Assembly: GCA_012295275.1 (NCBI GenBank)
Contig: CM022665.1
Location: forward strand, 34,534,001 to 34,598,000
Direction of reading: 5' to 3'
Source of the DNA: Chrysomallon squamiferum
Taxonomy: Eukaryota; Animalia; Mollusca
Length of the DNA: 64,000 nucleotides
Both the position numbers and the translations under genes were made by a program. Every line of letters begins with the position of its first letter. Within the stretch, counting starts at the first letter, position 1. Of this stretch, positions 40,271 to 54,899 are shown in pieces. Below the pieces are notes generated by a model, which saw nothing but the letters and a program-made list of their open reading frames with translations, searched no databases and had not been told where the DNA came from.

Positions 40271-40611
40271 CACATATATGTATGTATGTATGTATGTATG
40301 TATATGAATATGTATATGTCTGTGTGTGTGTGTTTTTATTTTAATTTTATTATTATTATTATTTATTTATATTTATTTATTTTATTTTATTTTTTATTTA
40401 TTTATTTATTTATTTTTTTTAAATTTTTTTTTTTAAAGAGATGTCAGGCACAAACAAATCTCATGCACCTGCAAGTTTATAGAATTCGCTAAAAGGGTGA
40501 AATTCAGGATTGGTAAACTTTTGTTCCATGATAATATTTGCGAATCAAAACGTATTGAAATGTGTGGTAAGAACTCTTTCAGATAATATGTATATGCAAT
40601 TTTTTCATACG

Positions 40612-40644
<33 letters not shown>

Positions 40645-40869
40645 TTTTAAAAGTTACGATGTACAATTTTCTAGAATAAAAAAATATTTCTTCGAAGTTT
40701 GGTTTTACAAACTCTTTAATTTCCTTTCTTTTTTTCCCATATATATTGCCACTCACAAATAAACATGTGGCACTTTGGAATAACAAAGAAGGATTATGCG
40801 ATCAGTAAAATATGAACTATCACTTGCTAATTGAAGACAATTATTAATGGCTATGTATTTGTATTTTAG

Positions 40870-41617
40870 GAGCAGCGCCACAGCAGAAAAGTTTAAGTGG
40901 TGAAGAAGAACCAGCCTTTGCAATGTATGGAGGTCGCATCTTTGATCTGACCTCACCTGATTTTGAGCATGAGATTTCCGAGTTGGATTATGAACAAAAA
41001 AAGGTTATAGCAAGCCTCAGAACTCTCGTTGTAAAACAGAAGTACAGGAAGCTTAATGACCAACTTATTCAGAAAGCTATCATTGAAGCAGACGCTTTGT
41101 CAGACGAACCAACAGGAGAAGCCCTGCTAAGTGAAGGTCAGCATTTGTGCCTAACTGTCAACTTCCAGTCTTTAGTTTCTTCTGGTTTAAAAGATACATT
41201 ACTTAACACATTACATATACGACTTATTTATATGTTTGCAGGGTTTTTGGTTGTTCTTTTTTGTTTCTTTTTCTTTCTTTCTTTCTTTTTTTTTTTTTTA
41301 TTTTTTTTTTTATTAGTGAATGTTTTTTGTGGTTTTTGTTCTTTTTCTGACGACGTCATGGTTTAATTCAAATTTTCCAGTGAAAATGATGACATTTTTT
41401 TAAACTCCAGTTAAACAAAATGAACATATTCTTTTTTATTTTATTATTATTTTATTTTATATATGTATATAAATTTGTAAGTGCGTGTCTGTGTGTATGT
41501 GTGTGGGTGCGCGCGTGTGTGTATGTACAACCAGAAATATATGTTTTATGTCAGAATGAAAAAACAATACAATTACATTTGTTGAAACTTTATCCAGTGC
41601 TCAAAAGTGTGGCATTT

Positions 41618-41692
<75 letters not shown>

Positions 41693-41813
41693 ACTGAAAA
41701 CATTATTGTCGAGCATTACTGCTTATTTAATTAGATGATTCAGTATTTCAGACATTAGTTCTAGCCAGTGATATTTTTGCTAAGTGATATATCATAGTGA
41801 CTATTATAATCGC

Positions 41814-41864
<51 letters not shown>

Positions 41865-43888
41865 TTATTTTGTTCTTTTTTCAAATTTCGTTCCTATTGT
41901 ATACTAGTTACTTTTTTATTTCAAATTAATTTCATTCCAGAACCAGATGAGAGTGACTATGAAAGTTATGGAGGAGCTCATTATAATGTAAGTGAGTCAC
42001 TGTTTTAACCAATCAGTTTTTAATTAATTTCTTTCAAAACAGGTGACGTTTTAGAAGAGATTTGTACCTGTGTTATGTCATTTATAAAACAAAACATTTC
42101 GTAAATATTTTTTAATTTGTACAATAACTACTTGATATAGTATATACAATCCTTTTGCAACAGTATGCTGTTCATGTGGGAGTAGAAATAATAATAATAA
42201 TAATAAACAATGTATGTGTATTAAAATTCAATAAACAACCACAAATTGCTTAATAATTACGTCGGTATATTGTTTTTACATTATTATATTACTGTATTAT
42301 ATAGCTGTTATGTGTACTAACGTTTAATGTTTCGGTAAACATTCACGATTTCTCAGACTTTTGTGTATTCCGAACCGGTGCCTCCCCCCCCCCCAAATAG
42401 TCCGTGAAATCGAGGGTCAGTAGTAAATAAACATATACCATTCTTAATCGCTGACTTTTGACAACAGAATTATTCTTGGTATCGATGCGGACATACGTTG
42501 CTTACCATTGGTGACGTCACCTTAATTATGTAACTGTGGTCAACTTTCTCTATCTTTATTTTTGGGGCAAGGCAAAGCAGTTGAATTTGGTAGTAAGCAA
42601 AATTCTTCTTCTTCATCATCTTTCTTTCTTTTTTTTTCTTCTTTTTTCTATTCTTCTTCTTCTTCTTCAGAAGTTATATATATATGTGTGTGTATGTGTG
42701 TGTGTGTATATATATACATAATTTTTATGCAAATGAAATGTAATAGCTATATAAGATCATCATTTTAGTAGATAAAATGACAAGTTATAAGTTCATTATT
42801 TTGCAAATGAAACAAAAATGTTAGAAATTGGAAACATTTCCGACTGGAATCTGTTGAGTCCTCAATTTTGTTGCGCATAAAGTCACTAAGTAAAACTATG
42901 TTATAGGTAAGCTGTGCAAAATGACAGGAAATATTTATCTTTAATTATATGGGATGTTTATGTTTATTCTGTTTCAAGACATGCATACTCGAAATTGCAA
43001 CACTGGAGGAACAAAACATTGTTTCGCGCATTGGTGTCCAAAACAAATAAATATTAATAATAAATAAAATAAAATAATAAAAATAAATATTTAAAAAATA
43101 ATAATAATAAAAAATAAAATAAGAAATAAAAGTTAAAAATAATAACATTCTTGATTTAAATGAAATATAATCTAACGTCAACGCTTGCTCAAGCTAATGT
43201 AAACATGACGTCATCGATTAGATATGTCGGAAGAAGAAGTGCTGGATCAACCAGTTTGTGTAAGTCAAACATATTTTAGCTATGCAGTCAAAATGTTTAA
43301 AAAAGTAAACCTAAAAATGGAATAAAATAATCCCAGAAGTCACTTTCTAATATGTTATACATAAAACTGATAAATATTAAAATTTCACACACATATTATT
43401 CTGTTCGTAAATAATTGACACTTGTTATACCAAATATGCTCATGTAAAGAAAAATTAATAAAATCCATCCAGCAAATGTGAGATCCAGAAAGGGTAATTA
43501 ATCTTAAGGTTTCTTCCTGAAGCCAGAAAAACACAAAGGTTTTCTTTATGTTATTATATAAATACTCGACTCAACGTCCTTTTAAGACTAATGAAGTCTT
43601 TACAGAAACTTCCAGTCTGAAACAAAATCTGTCGTGTCAGTAGTCATTTTCACATTTGTCCACTTTTCATAAACTGAAAAATTAACTGCGAATAGATACT
43701 GCCATACAATAAGTGTCATTTACATTTTCGTCATGTTGTTTTTTGTTATTGTTGTAGTTGTTTTAGTAGTTAGGCTTGTGTGGCAATCAAAAGATGAATT
43801 CATTATTAACGCTATTAAATAATTTTCATATTTTTAATTACCACTGGTTATTGTTTTTATTTATTTATTTATTTATTTATATTATTAC

Positions 43889-43931
<43 letters not shown>

Positions 43932-45523
43932 TTCAAAGGAAGGGCCTTTCAATGCGTTGGCAACAGAAGTACTAATCTTCATTATTTTCCATGTGCTTGG
44001 GATGACCATCATCATTATAATACTGCTAGCAAAGGTAAAAATAAAATAAAATAAAATTAAATTAAATTAAAATAATGCATGTAGAAAAAACAAAATAACA
44101 TGCACAATTCTATGTTCTGTATTTCACTTATTTAAAAATTATATTCTTATTATTATTTTTAATTTTAATTTTTTTTTACCTCTGAGCTGTTTTGCACTGT
44201 GACAAGTATAGAACAATTTCTTCCTATTTTTTTTTCCCCCCCCAATCTTTAACTTGTTTTTAACAGTGTCCAGACGAAGAAGATTCTGGTTGGTTTAAGA
44301 AAAAAAGAGATTCAGATTCAAAACCTGGGGAAAAAGAGAAAGATTCGATTATGCCAGCAAAAAAGAAGTCTTTGGTGAGATCTGGAAGACAGTAACAGTT
44401 GGATTTTTATTTGGAAATTTTATCACTGAGTTTGTTTAACTGTTTTGTTTTTTCATGGACTTGTTGAAACATTGTATGCTGGCACGTTAAATGTTCTAAT
44501 TTTGAAACAAAATAATCACTGTATAAAACGGTTGTTGTGTGTTTTTTCCAAAATTTTTGTTTACTTTATTGCATGTTTATATATATATTATTAAACTTTA
44601 TTGCATGTTATTTTAAGTGTTGTTTTTTTTCTCTCAAAAAAAATAAATAAATAATTGATAACTATTTAATTATCATGCTTTACTAAACAAAGAATTTATC
44701 GTGTGGTATGTTTTATGCATGTTGAAAAATTATGACTATTATCTGGCTCATTATATATGTATTAGTATCAAAACAAATTTCTTTGTTGCAAAATTTACTA
44801 AAGATGATATTTATGATATATGGTATGTGCTGTATTCTTACAAAATGATTATTGTGTGGCATATTTGTGTGTGTGTTTTAAAACACTATTTGCTGTATCT
44901 CATATATGTATACATGCATGCATGTGTGTGTTTCAAAACACTGATTACTGTATATCATGTGTATATATGTTTCAAAACACTGATTAATGTACAGATGTTC
45001 ATACATATTTTAAAACATTGTTTACTGTGTAGCATGTTTTTGTCTGTTTTAAAAAACTGATTTATTTATTTTTATTTTTGAGACAAAAGATACTGTATCA
45101 ATAAGAGAGACATTAAAAAGAAATATGTTTGATAATTTTATATCCAGAACATTGGCATATTATTTACTAATGGTTTTTCATGTACATCATTTATATATAT
45201 GATACATCATTTATAGGTATGATATATCATTTATATGGTATGATACATTATTTATATATATGATACATCATTTATGTATATTATACAATAATTATATACA
45301 TTGTACATAATATACAACATTAATATGTATTGTACATCAGTAATTAACTGAAGGTAAGTGAATGTAATGTTAAATTGGTATGGCATCAATGTAGGAAAAT
45401 AAAATATCTGTTTTTATTTATTTTTTGTTGTGTTGTGTTGTGTTGTATTTTTTTTATTTTTTATTATTAAATGTTGGTCAGTTTCTGTCTGTCATTGTTA
45501 TAATAATTCCATACATTAACATG

Positions 45524-45560
<37 letters not shown>

Positions 45561-46255
45561 AGAAAAAGAGCAATATACATACATACATACCTCAACATTA
45601 AAAATATTAATAAATTTTAAGAAAAATCAACAAAACAATCTTAATACACTTGTTACTATGGATGCAGGTATATATCCATCTGAAAGTTTTGAAGAGGTCA
45701 GGACCTTCTCTTTCAAAGTGCCTTACTATAAATTTTAAGAGCAAGAAACATCTGTTTGTTCTGAAATTCATATATACTGACAACTACTTTTGTGGCCACC
45801 TTTGCATGACAGCCACCTGCCTATTATGGCCACCTAAAGATTTCCTCTCAGTGCATTTTATTACAGATTTTAACTGCCACATTTTCCTTGTCTGTTGACT
45901 GGTTTATAAATATTCATCAAAAGTCTTTTAAAAAACCCACAAGAACCCATTATTAAAAAACCTCCATTACTGTCATCCATCCATGTCTCTGTTTGTGTTT
46001 GTGTTTGACAAATAAATAAAATAAACATACCTGGATCCACTATAATATTGTAATATAATAAGTGCTTAATAGGATTGGACTGACAATTTAAAGTAGTAAT
46101 CTTTAATTTTTTTCAAAGATTCACCAATGGTTTTTCACAGAAAAAAAAGAAAAAAAAAAAGAAATATTTTTATTTTTAATCTGTATATTTTAAAAGTTTA
46201 TGTAAATTAAGGTTTAAGGTCTAATAAAAAAGAAAACAAGGTGAGCTCTTTATAT

Positions 46256-46289
<34 letters not shown>

Positions 46290-49200
46290 TAAAGGTGTGT
46301 GTGTGTGTGAAATAAAGGTGTGTATTCACATACACAAACAGACACATATCTGTTTTGAAGGAATTAAAAATAAATGCCATTCTCTTACTATTTAAAAAAT
46401 ATTTTTATGCTTTTAGTAAAGAATTTGATCAAAGTATATGATTTTTGAGTATTTTGTTAAACAAAATGATATGTATTGTAGGAAATTGCTTTTTTGAAGA
46501 AAAAAATGTCAAGTATCAAAATGTTAACTGAAATCAGTTTGAAGTTTTGCCATTTTTAAAAATTAAATGATAAATTTAAAAAATGAATTTTGTATATGGA
46601 CAATGAAAGTTTAAATGTGAAGTAAAAAATCTTAAATGAGCCTTTACACATGATATAAACAAAAATGAAAAGGTTCACTCATTTATTTTGCATTTGTTTT
46701 GTTTATTTTGATTTGTTTGTTGTTTTTGTTTCTGCACCATACATTAACTGAATTTATTGTGCATTATATAGTGGGTTAAATTTTTGTTCTGAATGGTTAG
46801 TCTCTGAATGAAAATTAGCATTTTTCTTCTATTTTAATATTGAGGGCACTGCTTTAAGGTGAAGATATTTGAAATTATCTTAGAAAAGTATTATATTTTA
46901 CTTTATGTAGGTAATAATCATATTAGCAAGAACAACTGAAATTAATTTTTAAAGTTTATGCACTTAGGTAAATCTGTTAAATAGGTTTAATTCATTATTT
47001 ACAAAATAGGTTGTTTTTCACGATTCAGTGCAGGATTATAATAAATAATTATTTTTAAGTTTTACTTGCAGTTATTGTTAAGTATCTTTTAATGTTAGCC
47101 GTACTACTAAATCATGGGATGAAATTATCTATGTCTTTAAAAAAAATATATCTTTTGGTTTGCTTTTTACTTTTTTAGGAACCTGAAGAATCTGAAGAAG
47201 AAGAAGAAGAAGATGAACCTGAACCTGAAGTAGGACATCTCCGATCAAGTCATCTCCCACATGCACCATATGGATATGAAACAGCATATGTTCCAACACA
47301 GATTCCAGCACATCCAGGTTATGTGGTGTATGAACCACCTCAGGAAATAGGAAGCATGGGATCAGAAGGATTGACACCTCATCAAAGTCATCCAAGTAGT
47401 ATGTCATCAGATGACAGAGCCTCCTACTACCTGAGAAGACTCAGAGATGATATGCAAAACAGAAAACCACGTGGGGATCGTTCCCGAAACTATCCTTCTG
47501 GCATCACTTCACATATTCAGTCCCTACGCCAGATGGAGGCAGAGGAACAGCAGAATAAAAAACACAAGCAGGATGCTGTTACTCAGCATGTGCTTGTACC
47601 TGATCTTGAGTTACGAGACATGAAATCTGCTAGAATCATACAAGAATCAAAGAAAGAAATGCAAGGCAAAAAGGATAGTTTGTTACAAGAAGTTGCTGCC
47701 GAAAAAGGCAAAATAAGAAGATATCTGTTAAAGCATGGAATTAGTTTGTATAGCAAGAAACATGAACAAAAGCCTGATAGTAAAGTAGAGGAGAGCAAAT
47801 CAGAGACAACAGTTCTGAAAAAGGAATCACAAGATAAGAAAGCGGACAAGCTTCAACATGTTTATAGTGCCAGTGCACATGACAGAATATCTGTACTTAA
47901 ATCAGAAAAACATCAACGAGATATGAATAAGTTAAAATTTGCTAAGACAACCCTCTCTCCACAGGGTCGAATCACAGAGCTGCTGAGTAGGGCAGGTAGA
48001 ATGAGGCTCCAGATGGGAGTTCTGCAGAAGCAGCAGGACAAGGAAGAGAAGACTGAGCAAACTACTGACAAAATGCAAACTAAAGCACCAGAGACCACAG
48101 AAACAGAGCTTCAAGCTGAAACACCTGATGATAATGATTCTGACAGAGTAAGACCTGATGAGAGCCATGAAAGAAGTGACATTATTGAATCAAAGTCAGA
48201 AAAGAAAGCTGATGAAGATAAGCATACAGTCAGAAGTACACTACAGACTTCAGACAGGAGTGAATCTGAATTACTAATGCAAGTTAAGGTGCCCAGTTAT
48301 GTGCAGGATGCTGAAACACCTAATGCTACCTCAATCAGGAGTCATCAGCACACTGACATTGAAGTGTCTGATGAGACACCAGAGAGACATTCATTAGAAG
48401 ATAACAAATCTGAGAGCAGGGAAACTAGTGAAAAATCAAATATCAGAGACTCACAGTCTAGAATACCAGAATGGTTTAACCCATTGTCTGACTCAGAAAG
48501 ACCCAATTTGAAAGACAGAAGACAACCAAAATATTTTCTTAATTCCAGTACAGAACAAGAAGATGAAGTATCAGAATCTGAAAAAAATGAGATATCATCT
48601 ACAAGCAGATCACATTCAAGGACTCCAGAATGGTTTAAGCCTTTGTGTGATTCAGAAAGACCTGGACTGAATATAAGAAAATATCATAAATTGCTTGAGA
48701 GTTCTAGTCCTGAAAATAAAAGATCAGAAAAGCATGACCATACATTTTATGAAAGAAAAAGAGAAAGTTATTTGCAACAACTTGATAAGAAACAGAGGTA
48801 CCGACGTATGAAAATACGAGAACAAAAATCATTTGTCAGGATGTCAGATGTAAAATCCCATAGACATCAAGATTCTGCTGAGCAACAGCAAGATAGGAAA
48901 TCAGAGATGGTTCAGCAAACATCAGAAATCAAGTTGGAAGATGTAAAGGGAGACAGATATCAACATCATTCTGATGCTGAACAGCAAGACATTAAGATAG
49001 ACACTCAAGAACAAAGATTCAGAATTAAAATATACTCAGAGCCAGAATCTCTTGTTAAGCTAAACAATAGCACATCAGAGAGGCAGCCAGAATATAGAAA
49101 AGAGCCAGATAGTATCCAGCAAGCAGACAGAGATAAACTGGAAGAAAGGAAATTATACAGAGATAAATCTGAAGAAAGGAAATTACACAGAGATAAATCT

Positions 49201-52200
49201 GAAGAAAGGAAATTACACAGAGATAAATTGGAAGAAAAGAAATCACCCAGAGATAAATTGGAAGAAAAGAAATCACACAGAGACAAATTGGAAGAAAGGA
49301 AATCACACAGAGATAAACTGGAAGAAAAGAAATCACCCAGAGATAAATTGGAAGAAACAAAATCACACAGAGACAAATTGGAAGAAAGGAAATCACACAG
49401 AGATAAATTGGAAGAAACAAAATCGCACAGAGACAAATTGGAAGAAAGGAAATCACCCAGAGATAAATTGGAAGAAACAAAATCACACAGAGACAAATTG
49501 GAAGAAAGGAAATCACACAGAGATAAATCAGAAGAAAGGAAATCATTCTGTGTTAGATCAGAAGAAAGAATGTCAGACAGTGTCAGACCTGAAGAAAGGA
49601 TGTCAGACAATGTCAAATCAGAGGAAAGGATGTCAGACAGTGTCAAATCAGAAGAAAGGATATCTGAGAGTGTCAGATCAGAGGAAAGGATGTCAGTCAG
49701 TCCTAAACCAGAGGAAAGGATCTCAGAGAGTGTGAGATCAGAGGAAAGGGTGTCAGAGAGTTCTGTGTCAGAGGAAAGGATGTCAGAAAGTGTCAGATCC
49801 GAGGAAAGGAAACCAGAACAACATGTGAAGGTATCTGAAAGAGAAGTAGAGAGTGAGCAGTTTGAGCAAATGTCAGGTATTGAAATAAGTGCATCTGGTC
49901 AACAAACACCAGAGCCATCTACTGTGGCTGCTACTTCTGACATGAAATCACATGGTGAACCAAGTGTGCAGCAACCATCAAAATACTGGGAGGCAGATAG
50001 TGTTCACTTACAAGGTAGAATTGCAGAAACTTACCAAGATATTCAGTTGCAGTTTAAGAGACTGGACAGGTACATGCGTAAATCATCTATAGAACAAACA
50101 GAAGATAAGATGTCAAAATTTTGGGTGAGTTACTCTAATGTTTTGTAAATACTTATCAAGAAAGATAATAACCCTCTTGTTATTCTATAATAATTTATTA
50201 AAAAATAATTCGAAAGTAAATGTTTAATTTAGAAAAACTATATTAATTAGAAATAATAAATTCATTTTTGATTTATGTTTTCACATAATAAGATAAAAAC
50301 TTAAAATTGTTGTTGCCTCCATAAATATTAGCAACTTCTTACAATAAGAAAAAAATTTCACTTTTGGGTGTGTTTGGCATTATCCTATTCTTACAGAAAG
50401 CTCGAGGGGAGGAAATACGTGCCTACACAGCAAGTATATTGCCTCTGTCTAGTCCATCAATCAGATCCTCAGAATCTGAAGTTGTTCAGAACGAACTAGT
50501 ACATCATCATGAACATCACAGAAGAAGGGAAAGGAGGGAACACAGAGAAAGTAAAGAGACACATGTAAGTGATTAGATTCACCTTTTTTTTAGAAGTGAG
50601 TGACTTTGTATATATTTTATAAAAATTTTGATTTTGTAATTTGTAATTTGAAAAAGAAAAGAAAATTATTTTAATTTGTGTGTGTATGTGTGTGTTCTGT
50701 GTGTGTTTTTTTTTTTTTTTTTTTTTGCTTTTATTGTTTTATGGTGTTTCAATCATATTTTGTTATCAGCACTGAATTATAGCATATAAAAAAGAAATAT
50801 GTATATGTACATACATATTTTTTTTCCCATTTTCTTTATACATTTAAAAATAATACAAATAATACAAATTATTAAAAATTAAATAAATATTCTATATCAT
50901 TCAATCTTTGTAATGAATAGCAGTCTGAACACAGAAAGGGAGAGAGGAAACATATATCACATAGTGAGAGGTTGAGGAAGATTCTGGAAGTACCAGTTGT
51001 TAGACTGAGAGACAGAAAACCTGTCACAGAAATTTTGACAGTGGAGGTTGATGATGTTAGTGCTCAATATTCTTTGTAATGGTTCTGTGTAATCCCATCT
51101 CCATATGTCAGCTGAGAAATAAATTAAAATATTTAAAAAAAGAAACATTTAAAAAAAAAAAAAGGAAAAAAAATAGACTGATGTGTAAAATTGTGTAAAA
51201 TATGAGTTATATAAATATTTCTTTAAATTTAGAAACAATAATACACATATATCCATCAATCCATCCATCCACTTATGTATATGTGTCAGTATTATTTCTT
51301 CTATCTATATGCTTGACAGTAGACACCTCATACATATCCATATATGCATTTAATCATAGCAAACATGAACATTGTTTGGGGTTTTTTTTGGTTTGTTTGT
51401 TTGGTTTTCAGTATGTTTTATATTTATTTTTATTATTATTATTATTTTAACAGAATGAATTGCAAAAGCAAAGACAGATGATGGAACATCAGAGAAAGAT
51501 CAGCAGTCTACCAAAGGAGAATGAAAGCAGTGACTTCAGCTCACATAAAGAAACATCAAGAGTTACTTGTGAAATCATAACTGAAGTAAGTTTGAATAAT
51601 AGTAATATCTAGATAACATTTTGTTTTGGAAACATGCTGTGATTCAGTGGTAGAGTTTATGTAGAACAAAAACTGAGAGTTTGATATCTGTCATAAAGTT
51701 TTAAAGTACAATATTAGAATGTTGTTCATGTGTTGCTGATCATAGGATTGACAGTGTTGGCCATAGTTATCACTGGTCTTAGGATTGCCAAAGTTTACCA
51801 TCTGTGTCATTGGTCACAAGATTCTCAATGTTACTATTGGGCTATTTCCAGTTCTAGCCAGTGCTTTATGACTGACTTATGAAAGGCTCTGATAGACCCT
51901 CTCCTGTCAAATATCATTTGCTGTTAATGAAAAATCAGGGTTTTTTCTTACCATTTGAATGTTTCATATTCATACATGTGATACTATATAACAGTAGATT
52001 AGAAATGCTTTCTTAACTAAAACTTTTTTTTCTAAGTCTTCATTTCTTTCATTTTTGTGAAAAGGATTTTTTTTAGTCTTCTTTTTAATAACATTTTGGG
52101 GTATAAAATCTACTAATAATATTCTTTAAGAAGAATATAATGAAAAAAATAATAGAAAAATTTCAGTCACATAAAAATTATTATGCAGAAAAGTACTAGT

Positions 52201-53428
52201 AATGACAAAAAATAAAAAAATAAAATATCAAAAAACATGTTTGACATATGCCTCTTTGAAGCCTGTATTAAACTTGTCTTTATGTCAGGTTGTTTTGTTG
52301 TTTTTTTAGTTTTAGTTTTTGGGACAGTCTTTTTCTCAGGGTTGTGCATTTTTCATTATTGCTCAGTATTAACAATTCAAGCTAATACAGTGAGGTTCAT
52401 TTCAATACAGTTAAGTGCAGCTTAAAAATAATATAAATTACTAGTTGTTTAGCAGTATTTTGACTCCTCAAACTGTTTGTTATGTCTGAAAAGCATTGAA
52501 AAGAGCTTTTAGTTTGTTGTGGATTTTTAAAAATTATATACCAATATATTTAATTGAATGTATGTAGTATATATATATATGTATATATATATACATATTT
52601 TATAGAATATTTTTCTTTTAGGTTAAGCGATAAATAATCTGTAATAGTTTGTAAATAGGTGAAGGATGGGAAAGTTTATTTCATTATTTTCAGAGGAAAC
52701 AAATTAGAAAACTTTATCATGTGAGAAAATAGTCATTATCAAAGGAATTTCATCCTCTAAAAATAATTAAAAATATGTGTGTGTTTGTGTGTGTTTTATT
52801 AGGTATGTATGTATGTATGTATGCATGCATGCATGCTTGCATGCGTATGTCTGCATGTTTGTGTGTGTGTGTACATACATAAAATAATTCATTGTATGAT
52901 ATGTTTGATACTTAAATAAATATGAAACTGTTTAATAAATATTTGCTTTCATTTTTTCAGGACAGTATTGAAGTTAAAGCAAGTGGAAGTGGTACACATA
53001 AAAAGATATTAAGAAGTCACAGAGAAGTGAGCAGTTTGATTGTGAAATACTGAAACTATTTCTCTTCTAGCTAATTTTTGTCTTTTTCCAATCTATGAAG
53101 ATCACTTGCAGTATCATCTTACATGTGTTATTTTCCATTCTAGCATTTGATAATGAAATAGTTCACAGCAGTTTGCTAAGTCCAGTAAATCTGATCCCAA
53201 ATGTTTTTTTTTTAATCACTTATTATTAAATTAAAAATCAGTAATAACATTCTCAAGAGAACTGTATCTGGCTACAGTTTGCTATGACAAGCACATTTTA
53301 AAAAAATCCTAATTTAAATGCAAATAGTTTCTTGATCTTAGATGGGTTTTTTTTCTCTCTCAAGGTCTGTTGTCTACATTTTAATGTTTTGGAAGTATTA
53401 TTGTTATTATTATTATTATTATTATTGT

Positions 53429-53462
<34 letters not shown>

Positions 53463-54867
53463 CTCCCTTGTATGGCTAAAGTTACTTTGTTATAATTTGA
53501 TAAGTATGAGATAAAAAAATGAATAATAATACATATGTTCTCTTCATTCAAATATATTATTATTAATGATCTTTTATTGTGTTATAAGCAGTGATCTGTA
53601 GTAGTTCTTTTGTACAATTTTTATTCATAATATTACTTTTTTACTTTTTATTTTTAATACAGGAGCCAAAATCAGATAAACCTCCAAAAGCAAAGAAAAG
53701 AGTTTCATTCTCTGATGAGTCTATATCACTGGTGGAAAAAAGGAGAAAAGCCAGAGAAAGAGCCAGAACACAGCAATATTACCAGACTGCATGGGTGAAT
53801 GATGAAGTGAGTAACTTACACTGATTTTAATTGTTGTTTTCTTTTTTTATAACTGAAAAACAGAGGTTGTATTTTGATTTCGATATAGCCTAAGTGTGCT
53901 TTTCAAACCAATATTTTAAAAATAGTTTTTCAAGCTTTTAATTGTGTGATTTTCAAAGCCTATTTTATGACCTACATGTACGTGAAAATTATAATTTTAT
54001 TTCTGTATCTATTTGTTTATGTATTTATTTTATTTTTTTTATTTTTTTATTTATCTTAATATTATATAATAAATAATTGGACAAAGCTTTATCTGCTTTT
54101 TTGGGGTACTTTTAAATTAAAAACTAGAAGTGGTGTTAATGATCTGTGTAATAATTAAGAAAATCAATGCTTTATCTGTTTATTGAGTTATTCTTGTAAA
54201 ATATACACGTCAGTTAAATGATATTACTTGTTCTCTTTCTTAGAGCTTTAGCCAAAATCTCAAATTGTAAATCAGTTGGGCATATTTTCATATTCACTAA
54301 CATTTTGTTGAATATTTTGGAATTGCAGTTTTCACAAGCAAATAAAATAGACATTCCCTGATGTAATTATGTAGATTTATACATACATGGTGATTACCTA
54401 GTATTTTATAATGAAACAGTTAGTATTGTTGTTTCTTTGGCACACTAGTACTGTACAGAGTATGCTCCAGTATGTGTATATTCTAATTTATATAGGGTTT
54501 CACTATCGGATCCACCTATATAAATCAAAGAGCATCTGTATATTTGAGAAAATCAGCACCTTTAAATATTTGTGGCTGGTTGTTAGAGGTAATGATGTTA
54601 TCATTGCACATACAGCAATGTGCTCATAATACAGTGTAAAATGCTTTATCAGAATATAATTGTATTCTATGCAACAAATTGACAAACTGATATTGGAAAA
54701 GCTATTTTGTATTTCTTCTAACGGATGTAAATTGCTTAATGTATTAACTCTGTATATTATGTAAAATGAGCTAATGTTTTATGGTTATTTTACAGGACAT
54801 TGAACAAACAGATGATCATAAAGAAGCACGTCCAAAACATCATGGAAAGAAATCAGTAAGAAAATGT

Positions 54868-54899
<32 letters not shown>

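Noticed and set aside
40765-40804. Possible upstream coding exon MWHFGITKKDYAI, phase-compatible with 40870
   Set aside because: Weak donor (A|GTAAAA) and a 65-nt intron. It cannot be distinguished from chance, so it was left out of the model.
41137-41366. Hydrophobic TM-like tail of the 147-aa ORF at 40923
   Set aside because: It is read-through into a T-rich intron after the donor at 41136/41137.
49005-49735. Antisense and alternative-frame ORFs (213, 163 and 61 aa) with Leu/Cys periodicity
   Set aside because: They are shadows of the stop-poor 30-bp coding repeat on the plus strand.
49129-49818. Regular 30-bp periodicity resembling a CRISPR array
   Set aside because: There are no unique spacers, it is an in-frame coding tandem repeat within a eukaryotic exon, and no cas genes are present.
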